A DNA stretch of 64,000 nt from Bacillota bacterium. Its GTDB lineage: Bacteria; Bacillota; DTU025. Position numbers and translations under genes: made by a program. The notes beneath the pieces are model-generated. The model made no database searches and was not told the origin of the DNA. It saw only the letters and a list, made by a program, of their open reading frames with translations. The stretch spans positions 192,001 through 256,000 of the forward strand of contig JBMNJT010000008.1 of the NCBI GenBank assembly GCA_050951805.1. Reading direction: 5' to 3'. Shown here piece by piece: positions 9,518 to 17,980 of the stretch (its first letter is position 1; the number at the start of each line of letters is the position of its first letter).

Positions 9518-11164
9518 GATCAAGTCCGAAATGTGCTGTAAAAGCAGTTCTCCTCTACTGGAGCATGTTTGTATAGATAGCTAGTCGGGACTGCCGACGA
9601 ATTTCATCCAATTCCTCTTCCTTGGTATAGTGGACGCATTCGACTGGTTTGCACTTTCTATCCAAGCCGAATGAGTATTGTACTCCGGCTCGGCCTCGAG
9701 GCAAGTTAGTCCATGACCAAGATATTTATCTCTAGCTAGGTTCTGCTTTCCTCTCGGTCTGCGCCGGAGTCAGCGATAGCCATCAGCTTGGATTGTAACG
9801 AGAAGCGCTAACCCTCAAGCGACATGGAGCGAGGATTCTGCCTGGCCCGATTCACAAGCCTGCTTCCATTGCCAATACTCGGCCATGTTGAGATACTTGC
9901 GACCGGTAGACCAATCCTCATCCCTTTCGATAAGCACAGCACCAAGCAGCCTAATGGCCGAATCACCGTTTGGGAATATCCTTATCACCCGTTCCCGCCT
10001 TCGGATCTCTTCGTTGAGCCTCTCTACACAGTTGGTTGTTCTCAGCCTTTTCCGGAGGCATTGGGGTAGAACCATTACAGCCATTGCATCGTCAAATCCT
10101 TCTTCAAGCCTGTCGATTGCCTTAGGGGCCCGAGCTGCGAAATCAGCAATGATGCCACCAAGCAATTCTCTGGCAGTATCCATATCGGGCGCTTCAAACA
10201 TGAGGCGCAGTCGGGAGTGGAGTTCATCCTTAAGCGCCTTGGGGCACGCATCCAGGATGTTCTTAGTGAAATGAGTCTGGCAACGCTGCCATGATGCCCC
10301 CTGAAACTCTACTGCTACAGCATTGACTAGTCCTCCATGGTCATCTGACACCACAAGGTCTACGCCCGAAAGGCCCCTTGCCTTTAAAGAGTTGAAGAAC
10401 TCGCGCCATGAGTCTTCCTTCTCGCTGTCTGCAAGCATGAACCCGATAATCTCGCGCATGCCTTCAGAGTTTACGCCTACGGCGATCAGCGCACTGTGAT
10501 TCCAGACCCTGCCTCCCTTGCGGATCTTGATCACTATCGCATCAACCAATAAAAATGGATATGGCCCTTTGTCGAGAGGACGTTCACGCCATTCGCGCAC
10601 TGCAGGGTCCAGCGTCTTCACCATGTCTGAGACTGTGGATTCCGAGATGTCCACACCACATAGCTCGCGGGTTATCTTTCGAATCTTACGAGTAGACACT
10701 CCGTTCACTACCATTTCAACAAGCGTGGCAATCAGGGCTCGTTCGCTGCGCTGGTACCTTTCAAAAAGGTCCGTATCCAGCTTGCCCTTTCTAAACTGGG
10801 GGACCTCAAGGGTAATTGAGCCCACCCGCGTCACCAAGGGTCGCCTTCTGGACCCATTGCGATACCCGGTCCGCTCCTCAGTTCTCTGATAAGGCTCTGC
10901 CCCAAGCTGTTCCGTAGCCTGCGCTTCAAGCACCTGGTTAAGCACTGATTCAAGAAGGTTTGCTAACCCACGGTCCCCATCAAAAAGTCCATGCAATTGC
11001 TCTTCGGATATGCTAATCTGATATGTAGCCATTGGTTCTCCTCCTAGTAGATAATTGGTTCGCTTATGCTCCAATTCTACTAGAGAACCAGTGGCCTTTC
11101 CATACCCATCCCAACCCACCACAACAGGGCGAAGGCCTTTTACAGCATTATATCGGACGTGACT
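9518..11164 (-). mobile_element. IS256-family insertion sequence
   Basis: Imperfect IRs GATCAAGTCCGAAATGTGCTGTAAAAG (9518-) and AGTCACGTCCGATATAATGCTGTAAAAG (reverse complement of the right end); 8-bp target duplication GATCCGGC at 9510-9517 and 11165-11172. Confidence 0.92.
9815..11032 (-). CDS. IS256 family transposase
   Basis: RTGYRNG, GVSTRK, LLVDA, VVSDDHGGL, WQRCQTHF, RTTNCVERLNEEIRRR; GGAGGAG RBS before ATG 11032. Confidence 0.95.
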   Translation of the reverse strand: MATYQISISEEQLHGLFDGDRGLANLLESVLNQVLEAQATEQLGAEPYQRTEERTGYRNGSRRRPLVTRVGSITLEVPQFRKGKLDTDLFERYQRSERALIATLVEMVVNGVSTRKIRKITRELCGVDISESTVSDMVKTLDPAVREWRERPLDKGPYPFLLVDAIVIKIRKGGRVWNHSALIAVGVNSEGMREIIGFMLADSEKEDSWREFFNSLKARGLSGVDLVVSDDHGGLVNAVAVEFQGASWQRCQTHFTKNILDACPKALKDELHSRLRLMFEAPDMDTARELLGGIIADFAARAPKAIDRLEEGFDDAMAVMVLPQCLRKRLRTTNCVERLNEEIRRRERVIRIFPNGDSAIRLLGAVLIERDEDWSTGRKYLNMAEYWQWKQACESGQAESSLHVA

Positions 11165-11172
11165 GATCCGGC

Positions 11173-11418
11173 ACAGCTCGCGCAGACTTTTCAGGAAATC
11201 CGGATGCAGCTGATATCGCAGTCGACCCTGTGGTCCTTGCGAAAACCAGGCGAAACATTGAATCCCGGATCGGCCTAAGAAGAGATGGACGCGGGCATGA
11301 CACGGAGTTCGGTACGGGGCGAAGATGGGTTTCCGCAAACTACGAAACTGCGCCCCGTGTGATACACGTGGTTTTCACGATCGGAACCGGCAGAATAGAG
11401 GTGGAACATGACCGTTGA
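11173..11418 (+). pseudogene. DUF2154/LiaF-like pseudogene, 3' part
   Basis: In frame with the 5' part once the IS and one duplication are removed (KVGSG|TARADFSG...SANYETAPRVIHVVFTIGTGRIEV); stop overlaps the next start. Confidence 0.6.
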
Positions 11419-13838
11419 GACGTAGAGGAAGTCGTTGTCATATAGGCCGCCTCAGGTGGCTTGTTTCAGCGATTGCTTTGCTAGCAGCAATGATGCTGAT
11501 CCCGCTGGGCGTTGTCGCGGGCAGCCCTGCCCGGGAGAGGGCGAGCGCTGTTTTGGCGGGAATGCATGTGCAGAAGCTTTCGCTCGAGATCGGTCCGAGG
11601 CCAACCGGTACGATGAGGGAGACCGCAGCCGCGGACTATGTTGCAGATACATTGGAAGGGTATGGGTACACCGTGACAAGAGTCCCATTTTCACGCGAGA
11701 CTGCGGACGGGGTTTCAGTATCTGAAAACGTCATAGCCGTTGCACCTTCGGCCAAGCCTGATTCGAAGCTGATCCTGATCGGAGCATCACTTGACACTTA
11801 TGGAATGGATTCAACCGGTGCCGACCATAACGGTTCTGGACTCGCCGCCATGCTGGAGTCGGCAAGGCTCCTATCTGGCCGGCTGACTGGCCGCTCGCAA
11901 GTTGCTTTTGTGGCATTCGGATCCAACGAGATGGGGCGGGCCGGGTCGAAGGCATTTACCGAAGGCACAGCCGCCGGCCCCATCGATCCCCGCAACGTTG
12001 CGATCATGATCAACATAGATGCAGTAGGCCGTGGAGATTCGGTGCGCCTTATACCATGGGGAGGGCCCCGGGCGTTAGCCCCCAAGGCATTTGAGCGGCT
12101 GGTGGATGCCGTGGCCGATTCCACTGGAAAGCCGGTAGGGTTCGACACGACCATAGCCATGATGCCGCAGGTGCACACTGACCACTCGCCTTTCCTGGTG
12201 GCCGGCGTTCCGGCTGTAACCATTACCACTGCGCGTTCGCTCCCGTATTACTCAGGCAATTCACTCGACCCATACTTGGATGTTGCTGCTGAAGTGAGCG
12301 GTGCGAGAGTGGCCATGGCTGCAGATGCTGTAGTGGCTGCTGCAGATTGGGCAGCCTCCGCCTACAGAATTGGGAAGCCCACTGGGACCTATATCTCCCT
12401 AAGAGTATTCGGGGATATTATCTCAGTCTCCTACATAACCAGTGTGATCGTGGCGGCTGCAGCAGTCGTGATTGGGATTGCTTGCATCGCATATAGCAAC
12501 AGCATGCTATATGATGAGCTTTCCAGAGTAAGATCTGCCGGGACAGTCAAGGCCGTGGGAATGGCGCTGGCGGTTTATGCGGTAATGACTGTGGTTCTTT
12601 GGACCGCCTTTCTTCCGTCTGTCGTGGTTGAAGCAGTGCGAGGCGTCGAGCGGCCGTGGACCGCATATCCCGCTCCCTACATTCTCGCTGGCGCAGTGTG
12701 GGCACTCTTCTTCGCAATTCTCATACTATCCCTTACAGGTACTGGTGTACGAGAGCCTCTTCGCGCCCCGATGCTTCGCCTTGCCATGATTATACAGACA
12801 GCCCTGGTCTGCCTTTCCGTGCCTATCCTACGGGCCGGGTCTTTCCCGTTCTCTCTCGGGCTCATCTTTACGTCGCTTGCTCTCTTGTTTCCGGAAGGAA
12901 CGGCAAGGAAGATCTTTGCTTGCCTTGCTCCGGTGCCCGTAGTGTGGCTTGGGTGCAAGGCCGTTGTTGGCGTGGGAAACCGGATTATTGCGGACCTCTT
13001 GTTGGTTCCCATATTCCTCTGCCTCCTCGTTGCGGCGCTTGCGCTGCCATATGCAATCGCCATACTCGTCCTGGCAACGGAACCGAGGGGAAGGAGAAGG
13101 ACCTTCTATTCTCCTGGCAACCTGTTCTACGACATTGCCCCCGGCACGACGCTGCGAGAATACAGAGTTGTTCCAGGTTCAGTTCCAGAAAGCAGGAAGA
13201 GGAGGCCCTCCGCTCGCAAGACTTTCATGTGGATTCTGGGTGTGTTGGCTTTGATATTGACCGCCAGCCTGTTTTTGTACCCCAGCTATAATTCGAGAAG
13301 GCCCCAGCCAGTATTGGTTACGCATGTAGTGGACGGACTTGGAGGGCATAGCCTAGTATTTGAAAGCAATGACAACATCAAGGGGATATCTGTCGTTTCC
13401 CGCTCTGGAGAGAGAGGCCCCGAAAAGATAGACGCGAGATCCACCTCGCATCTGATACCATATTCATTCAGTGCTCCGCGGCTGAGCCTCGTTGCAGAGA
13501 TGGACGGTCCCGCGCTCCGGGTTAGGCTGTTATCGAGTGCCCCTATCCGTTCCGTTAAGATATGCATTGTAGGTCCTCAAGGGATGGCGGTACTCTCCAG
13601 CAACCGCCGCTGTCTTATTGAAGAAGATGGCGATATGGTGCGAATCAGCACCGTGTTATCGGGAGAAGAGCCGATCGAAGCCCAGTTCCAATTGGCGTTT
13701 CCGCCCGACGCACCGCTCTCAGTGGAAGCGACAGGATCGTTCTGGGAGAACCCTGCTCCAATTATAATATCTGGAGATGGTAAGAGGTTTTATGAAACAA
13801 ATCAGTTTGTAGTTGCTACGCCCCTAACCGCAAAATAG
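11415..13838 (+). CDS. M28-family peptidase-like protein with multi-pass membrane domain (metal ligands degenerate)
   Basis: Signal peptide, IGPRPTG, SENVIA, IGASLD, GADHNGSG, FGSNEMG, MINIDAVG, TDHSPF; about 8-9 hydrophobic segments follow. Confidence 0.8.
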   Translation: MRRRGSRCHIGRLRWLVSAIALLAAMMLIPLGVVAGSPARERASAVLAGMHVQKLSLEIGPRPTGTMRETAAADYVADTLEGYGYTVTRVPFSRETADGVSVSENVIAVAPSAKPDSKLILIGASLDTYGMDSTGADHNGSGLAAMLESARLLSGRLTGRSQVAFVAFGSNEMGRAGSKAFTEGTAAGPIDPRNVAIMINIDAVGRGDSVRLIPWGGPRALAPKAFERLVDAVADSTGKPVGFDTTIAMMPQVHTDHSPFLVAGVPAVTITTARSLPYYSGNSLDPYLDVAAEVSGARVAMAADAVVAAADWAASAYRIGKPTGTYISLRVFGDIISVSYITSVIVAAAAVVIGIACIAYSNSMLYDELSRVRSAGTVKAVGMALAVYAVMTVVLWTAFLPSVVVEAVRGVERPWTAYPAPYILAGAVWALFFAILILSLTGTGVREPLRAPMLRLAMIIQTALVCLSVPILRAGSFPFSLGLIFTSLALLFPEGTARKIFACLAPVPVVWLGCKAVVGVGNRIIADLLLVPIFLCLLVAALALPYAIAILVLATEPRGRRRTFYSPGNLFYDIAPGTTLREYRVVPGSVPESRKRRPSARKTFMWILGVLALILTASLFLYPSYNSRRPQPVLVTHVVDGLGGHSLVFESNDNIKGISVVSRSGERGPEKIDARSTSHLIPYSFSAPRLSLVAEMDGPALRVRLLSSAPIRSVKICIVGPQGMAVLSSNRRCLIEEDGDMVRISTVLSGEEPIEAQFQLAFPPDAPLSVEATGSFWENPAPIIISGDGKRFYETNQFVVATPLTAK

Positions 13839-13845
13839 GATACAG

Positions 13846-13874
13846 TTGACATCTAAAGGGACCTATGGTAATCT
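13846..13874 (+). promoter_or_regulatory. SigA-type promoter
   Basis: TTGACA-N17-TAATCT with extended TG. Confidence 0.7.
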
Positions 13875-13907
13875 GTTGATGCAATAACTTATACTGGAGG
13901 TGACGAT

Positions 13908-14372
13908 GTGGTTGCGGCACAGCCGGAGCGTGACGAGTTGCTCAATGGCAAGCGTCTTGCCTGCATCGTGCTGGAATGTGTGGACTCAATACCTCAGCCT
14001 GTCGGACGCACCAAGATAGCTCTCTTGTTAAAGGGGTCTAGATCACAACAGATTCGCACAATCGACATTAGACAGGTCAGGCATTTTGGTGCCTTGGGCC
14101 ATCTTACAATCGCCCAGATCCAAGGGATAATCGAGCAGCTTCTTTCAGAGGGATACCTCGGATCATCCTATGGGAAACGACCGGTGATCCATGTTACGTC
14201 GTTGGGACGTACAACAATGATCACAGGCGATATGCCCGAGGTCACCATCCCTGACGAGCTCAAACTCTATGTAGCACGGGAACGATGTCGCAAATGCCCT
14301 CATAATCCCTATATCACTGACTGCCCGGGTGCAGGCCCTAACACACCCAATGACATACCTCCTCCGTTCTAG
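13908..14372 (+). CDS. Stand-alone RQC (RecQ C-terminal winged-helix) domain protein
   Basis: IVLECV...GRTKIALLLKGS...HFGAL...IIEQLLSEGYL...PVIHVTSLG; GGAGGTG RBS. Confidence 0.75.
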   Translation: MVAAQPERDELLNGKRLACIVLECVDSIPQPVGRTKIALLLKGSRSQQIRTIDIRQVRHFGALGHLTIAQIQGIIEQLLSEGYLGSSYGKRPVIHVTSLGRTTMITGDMPEVTIPDELKLYVARERCRKCPHNPYITDCPGAGPNTPNDIPPPF

Positions 14373-14437
14373 CTAGACTTCGCTTGGCGTAAGAATTAAG
14401 GCAGTCAACTTGGGCTGATCGGGGGCGCTGGGCCAAA

Positions 14438-15619
14438 TTGCTCACTCATAGAGCCTTCAAGGTTTTAACATCATTTGTTATCGGGGTGGTCATCGGAGTC
14501 TGTCTGCGCACAGCCTGTCCCGTTGAGGCGCCCGCACTGTCGCCCCCATACCTCAGCCCACCTGGGCGTCCCGAACTCATCTACCACCGCGCTTTCCGCG
14601 AAGGACCTGCGGTGAGCGCCCGAGCCGCCATACTAGTCGAAGCCTCCACCGGGATCGTGCTCTATGCCAAAAACGAACATGAACAAAGAGAACAGGCGAG
14701 CATAACCAAGGCCATGACAGCCATAGTCGCCATTGAACGGGGCGATCTGGCTGATATCGTGCGCGTATCACCGAATGCAGCCAAGGTTCCCGGATCGACA
14801 CTCAACCTTGTCCCTGGGCAAGATTACAAGCTTGAGGAATTACTCCGCGCTACCATGCTGAGGTCAGGAAATGACGGCGCAACGGCTGTGGCGGAGCATG
14901 TAGGTGGATCGGTAGAAGATTTCGTGACGTTGATGAATGCCCGCGCAGCAAGCATGGGCTTGAAGAACACCCATTTCGCCAACCCGCACGGACTATCCGC
15001 TCCTGGACACTATTCCACAGCGTACGACATAGCCCTCATGTGCATGTGGGGGTTGAGGCTTCCCAAATTCGCCGACATTGTGGGATGCCCTGAACTTTGG
15101 ACATCTTCTGTGGAAAGCGGGAGGGCGAAAGTAGTATACAACACCAACAGGCTTCTTTGGGGTTTTTCTGGCGCCGATGGGATCAAGACGGGAACCACTT
15201 CCAAAGCAGGACATTGCTTGGCAGCCTCTGCGACCCGGGATGGGTTGCAGTTCATAGCCGTTGTTCTTCGCTCCAATGCCAGATTCAAAGATGCGGCAAA
15301 CCTGTTGGAATACGGTTTCTCCACGTTCACGCGGATAAGGGCGGCTGAAGCCGGAGTGGCTGTGGGCGATGTTCTCGTCCGCCGTGGACTGGATCGTTCT
15401 GTGGAGGTTGCAACTGCGAAGGATGTCGATGTAGTGGTCCGCGTTGACGAGGTGCCGGGAATATCCGTGGAAATAAGGGTGCCCGAATCGCCGGAAGCGC
15501 CAGTATGCCCAGGGGATCGCGTAGGGTGGCTCGACGTGCTATACCAAGGTGACCTCATTGCCCGCCAGCAACTGTATGCTATGAAGGCTGTCGACCGCAG
15601 GCCTTTATGGGCACGTTGA
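14438..15619 (+). CDS. D-alanyl-D-alanine carboxypeptidase (S11, DacB/DacF-like)
   Basis: ASITK (SxxK), SGND (SxN), NPHGL, IKTG (KTG), C-terminal PBP5 domain. Confidence 0.92.
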   Translation: MLTHRAFKVLTSFVIGVVIGVCLRTACPVEAPALSPPYLSPPGRPELIYHRAFREGPAVSARAAILVEASTGIVLYAKNEHEQREQASITKAMTAIVAIERGDLADIVRVSPNAAKVPGSTLNLVPGQDYKLEELLRATMLRSGNDGATAVAEHVGGSVEDFVTLMNARAASMGLKNTHFANPHGLSAPGHYSTAYDIALMCMWGLRLPKFADIVGCPELWTSSVESGRAKVVYNTNRLLWGFSGADGIKTGTTSKAGHCLAASATRDGLQFIAVVLRSNARFKDAANLLEYGFSTFTRIRAAEAGVAVGDVLVRRGLDRSVEVATAKDVDVVVRVDEVPGISVEIRVPESPEAPVCPGDRVGWLDVLYQGDLIARQQLYAMKAVDRRPLWAR

Positions 15620-15649
15620 TGTCTGCCAAACTGCGGGCCGCAAGCGGCT

Positions 15650-16390
15650 TCCAGTCAAAGATCCGCATGAGGACTGATGGCAAGGGCAATTGGTTCTCCT
15701 GCATGCTTCGGCTGACTGTTACTGACTGTGCGGCCGGTCAAGAATCGCGCTGGATGGCTTGGGGTTGAAGTAAAGGAACATACTGTAAAGCGTTATTCTG
15801 CTATCCAAGACTACGCGTTCCGTGTGGCGCAGATAGCTTGTTGGCGGTTTACAGCTTTGTGCTGCCCAATTTGACGGTGATGTCAGTCAGCTTAATGTGC
15901 ATAAGAGCGCGAATTGGTCCAGCAACGGTCTGCGACAACAAGTAGCTTTGAAAGAGTAGCTGAACCCTTTCAAACGCCTATCGCGTGGATACCGCACAGG
16001 GAAAGTTGCCCGATGGGAATGTGTATAAAGCTCAGTTCGAGGTTGTTTTTAGCGAAGGCAGGTCAAGTAATCGGCACAGCTTGATCTTGGGTTTTGCCTG
16101 CACACGTATGGGCTTTTGGGGAAAACTCAAAAAGAGCCTGTTGGCACGCGTTGGACTGGCTTTTGCGAGCGTTACGCATTGAACATATCCACGAAAATCC
16201 CCGCTGGTTCGCCTCAATGGGATGTGACTCAAAGTTGACCAGGTTCGTTGCCAACCTCTACTTCTCCCCATACACTCTGGAAACATGCCTGAGCAGCATC
16301 GTGTCCTGATAAAGTGGGGTTCAGGTTCAAACCGCAGGTAAAGCGGCCTTCGGAATCGTGCAGAGACTTGTCGAGACCTACTCAAGTCAT
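15650..16390 (+). pseudogene. Decayed gene remnant, paralogous to 30630-31030
   Basis: Four collinear similarity blocks with the 30.6-31.0 kb region, including a 21-bp exact match; TDGKGNWF motif near 15670; many stops. Confidence 0.45.
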
Positions 16391-16576
16391 GCTAATGCGT
16401 ATAAGGATGCGTTGGGGACAAGAATTTTGGCATGGAAGTGAAGGAGGATTGCCGGAATCACCCCGGGCGACCCAGGCAGTTTGCTCCGCACAGATACCTC
16501 GGCACCAGCCTGGCATTTTCGGCCTTTGCCAATCGCAAAACGGGACAGCGCGTAAGGGCTTAGATTCGGTGCCCCC

Positions 16577-16605
16577 TCGACGAGGAAAGGATGTACGGTT
16601 ATAAT
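16577..16605 (+). promoter_or_regulatory. SigA-type promoter of the selC-selD-selA-selB locus
   Basis: TCGACG-N17-TATAAT, 30 bp before the tRNA. Confidence 0.55.
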
Positions 16606-16634
16606 GGGAACATACACATCTCAGTCTTTCACGC

Positions 16635-16731
16635 GGGAGTAGATTGGTCCTGGTGGGCCTCCTGGACTTCAAATCCAGTGGCGGGCAGCTAACCTGGCCG
16701 CGGTGGGTTCGATTCCCACGTACTCCCGCCA
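16635..16731 (+). tRNA. selC: tRNA-Sec (UCA)
   Basis: CTGGA-CTTCAAA-TCCAG anticodon arm, long variable arm, GTGGG-TTCGATT-CCCAC, GCCA end; adjacent to selD/selA/selB. Confidence 0.97.
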
Positions 16732-16885
16732 TTTTCATGCCCAATGCGCCCCACTAGCTGATCCCCGCGGTCCTCGATGCGCGTCCGTGGCACACCGGCC
16801 TATTTGCCCGAGAGATGGACAGACTGGCGCGGGTAAACTAGAGTAGGGTATGGGTTCAAGTTCGTTTTGCGAGGAGTGACAGAAG

Positions 16886-17941
16886 GTGACAGAGACTGAT
16901 CGCATCAGACTTACCACAATGTCAACAAAAGCCGGCTGAGCTGCCAAGATAGGTCCGGGTGACCTACAGATGGCTGTTAGAGGGCTCGTTGTCCGCAAGG
17001 ATCCGCTGCTTATCGCGGGGTTCGACGGATCGGAAGATGCCGGCGTCTACAAGCTGACTCCCGACATAGCCATCATCCAGACTGTCGACTTCTTCACCCC
17101 GATAGTGGATGATCCGTATGAATTTGGTCAAATAGCGGCTGCCAATTCTCTCTCTGACGTGTATGCCATGGGAGGCGTCCCCATAGTCGCTATGAACGTT
17201 GTATGTTATCCTTGCTCGCTTGGGATGGAGGTTCTTCGAGACATCCTCCGGGGCGGAGCGGACAAAGTATACGAGTCCGGCGCGGTGCTGGTTGGGGGCC
17301 ACTCCGTGGATGACAAGGAGCCCAAGTATGGCCTTTCAGTGACGGGAACGGTCCACCCCGACAAGGTGGTGCTCAACAAGGGGGCGCGCCCTGGAGATGT
17401 CCTTGTCCTTACGAAGCCTTTGGGTACAGGCGTGATTTCCACCGCCCTCAAAGGCGAGATGGTGGACCCTCATGTAGAGCGTTACGCCTATACTGTGATG
17501 TCCACGCTCAATGCCAGCGCGTCCGCTGTCATGCAGGAGATCGGTGTCCATGCGTGCACCGACATTACGGGCTTCGGCTTTCTAGGCCATCTTGCGGAGA
17601 TGGCAGATGCATCAGACGTGTCATTCACTGTCTATGCCGATGCCGTCCCGGTTATCGACGGCGCACTTGACTACATAGATATGGGACTCGCCCCTGCAGG
17701 CCTTCACCGCAATTGGGAGCATGTTGGGCCCGTAGTGGAGGTGGGGGGCAATGTTGACCGGAATATCGCTGATGCGATGTGCGATCCGCAGACATCAGGC
17801 GGGCTCCTCATCGCCCTGGCGTCTGACAAAGCAGATGAGCTTGTGCGCCGATTAAAGGACGCGGGCGCCTTGGCGGCCGCGATAGTTGGAGAAGCGTGCC
17901 GGCGGGGTCCGGAGGGCCCAACGATAACGGTGGTCTCCTGA
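16886..17941 (+). CDS. selD: Selenide, water dikinase (selenoprotein, UGA = Sec at 16937-16939)
   Basis: MTETDRIRLTTMSTKAG-U-AAKIGPGDL in frame with the 16970 ORF; DAGVY, TVDFFTPIVDDP, GGHS, TDITGFG, DPQTSGGLL. Confidence 0.96.
16950..16966 (+). promoter_or_regulatory. Bacterial SECIS hairpin of selD
   Basis: TAGGTC-CGGGT-GACCTA stem-loop starting 10 nt after the UGA, with G-rich loop. Confidence 0.75.
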
Positions 17942-17980
17942 CCCGCCGAGATACTCTGTGAACGGCAGGTGCAATATGAA

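Noticed and set aside
9578-9739. Nested MITE bounded by TAGCTAG repeats inside IS256
   Set aside because: The putative terminal inverted repeats match too weakly.
11033-11338. N-terminal extension of the 507-aa IS256 ORF
   Set aside because: It runs past the IS end; the real start is ATG 11032 with a GGAGGAG RBS.
16635-16731. Genomic island integrated at tRNA-Sec (or at tRNA-Arg 45462-45536)
   Set aside because: No integrase and no duplicated tRNA 3' end were noticed.
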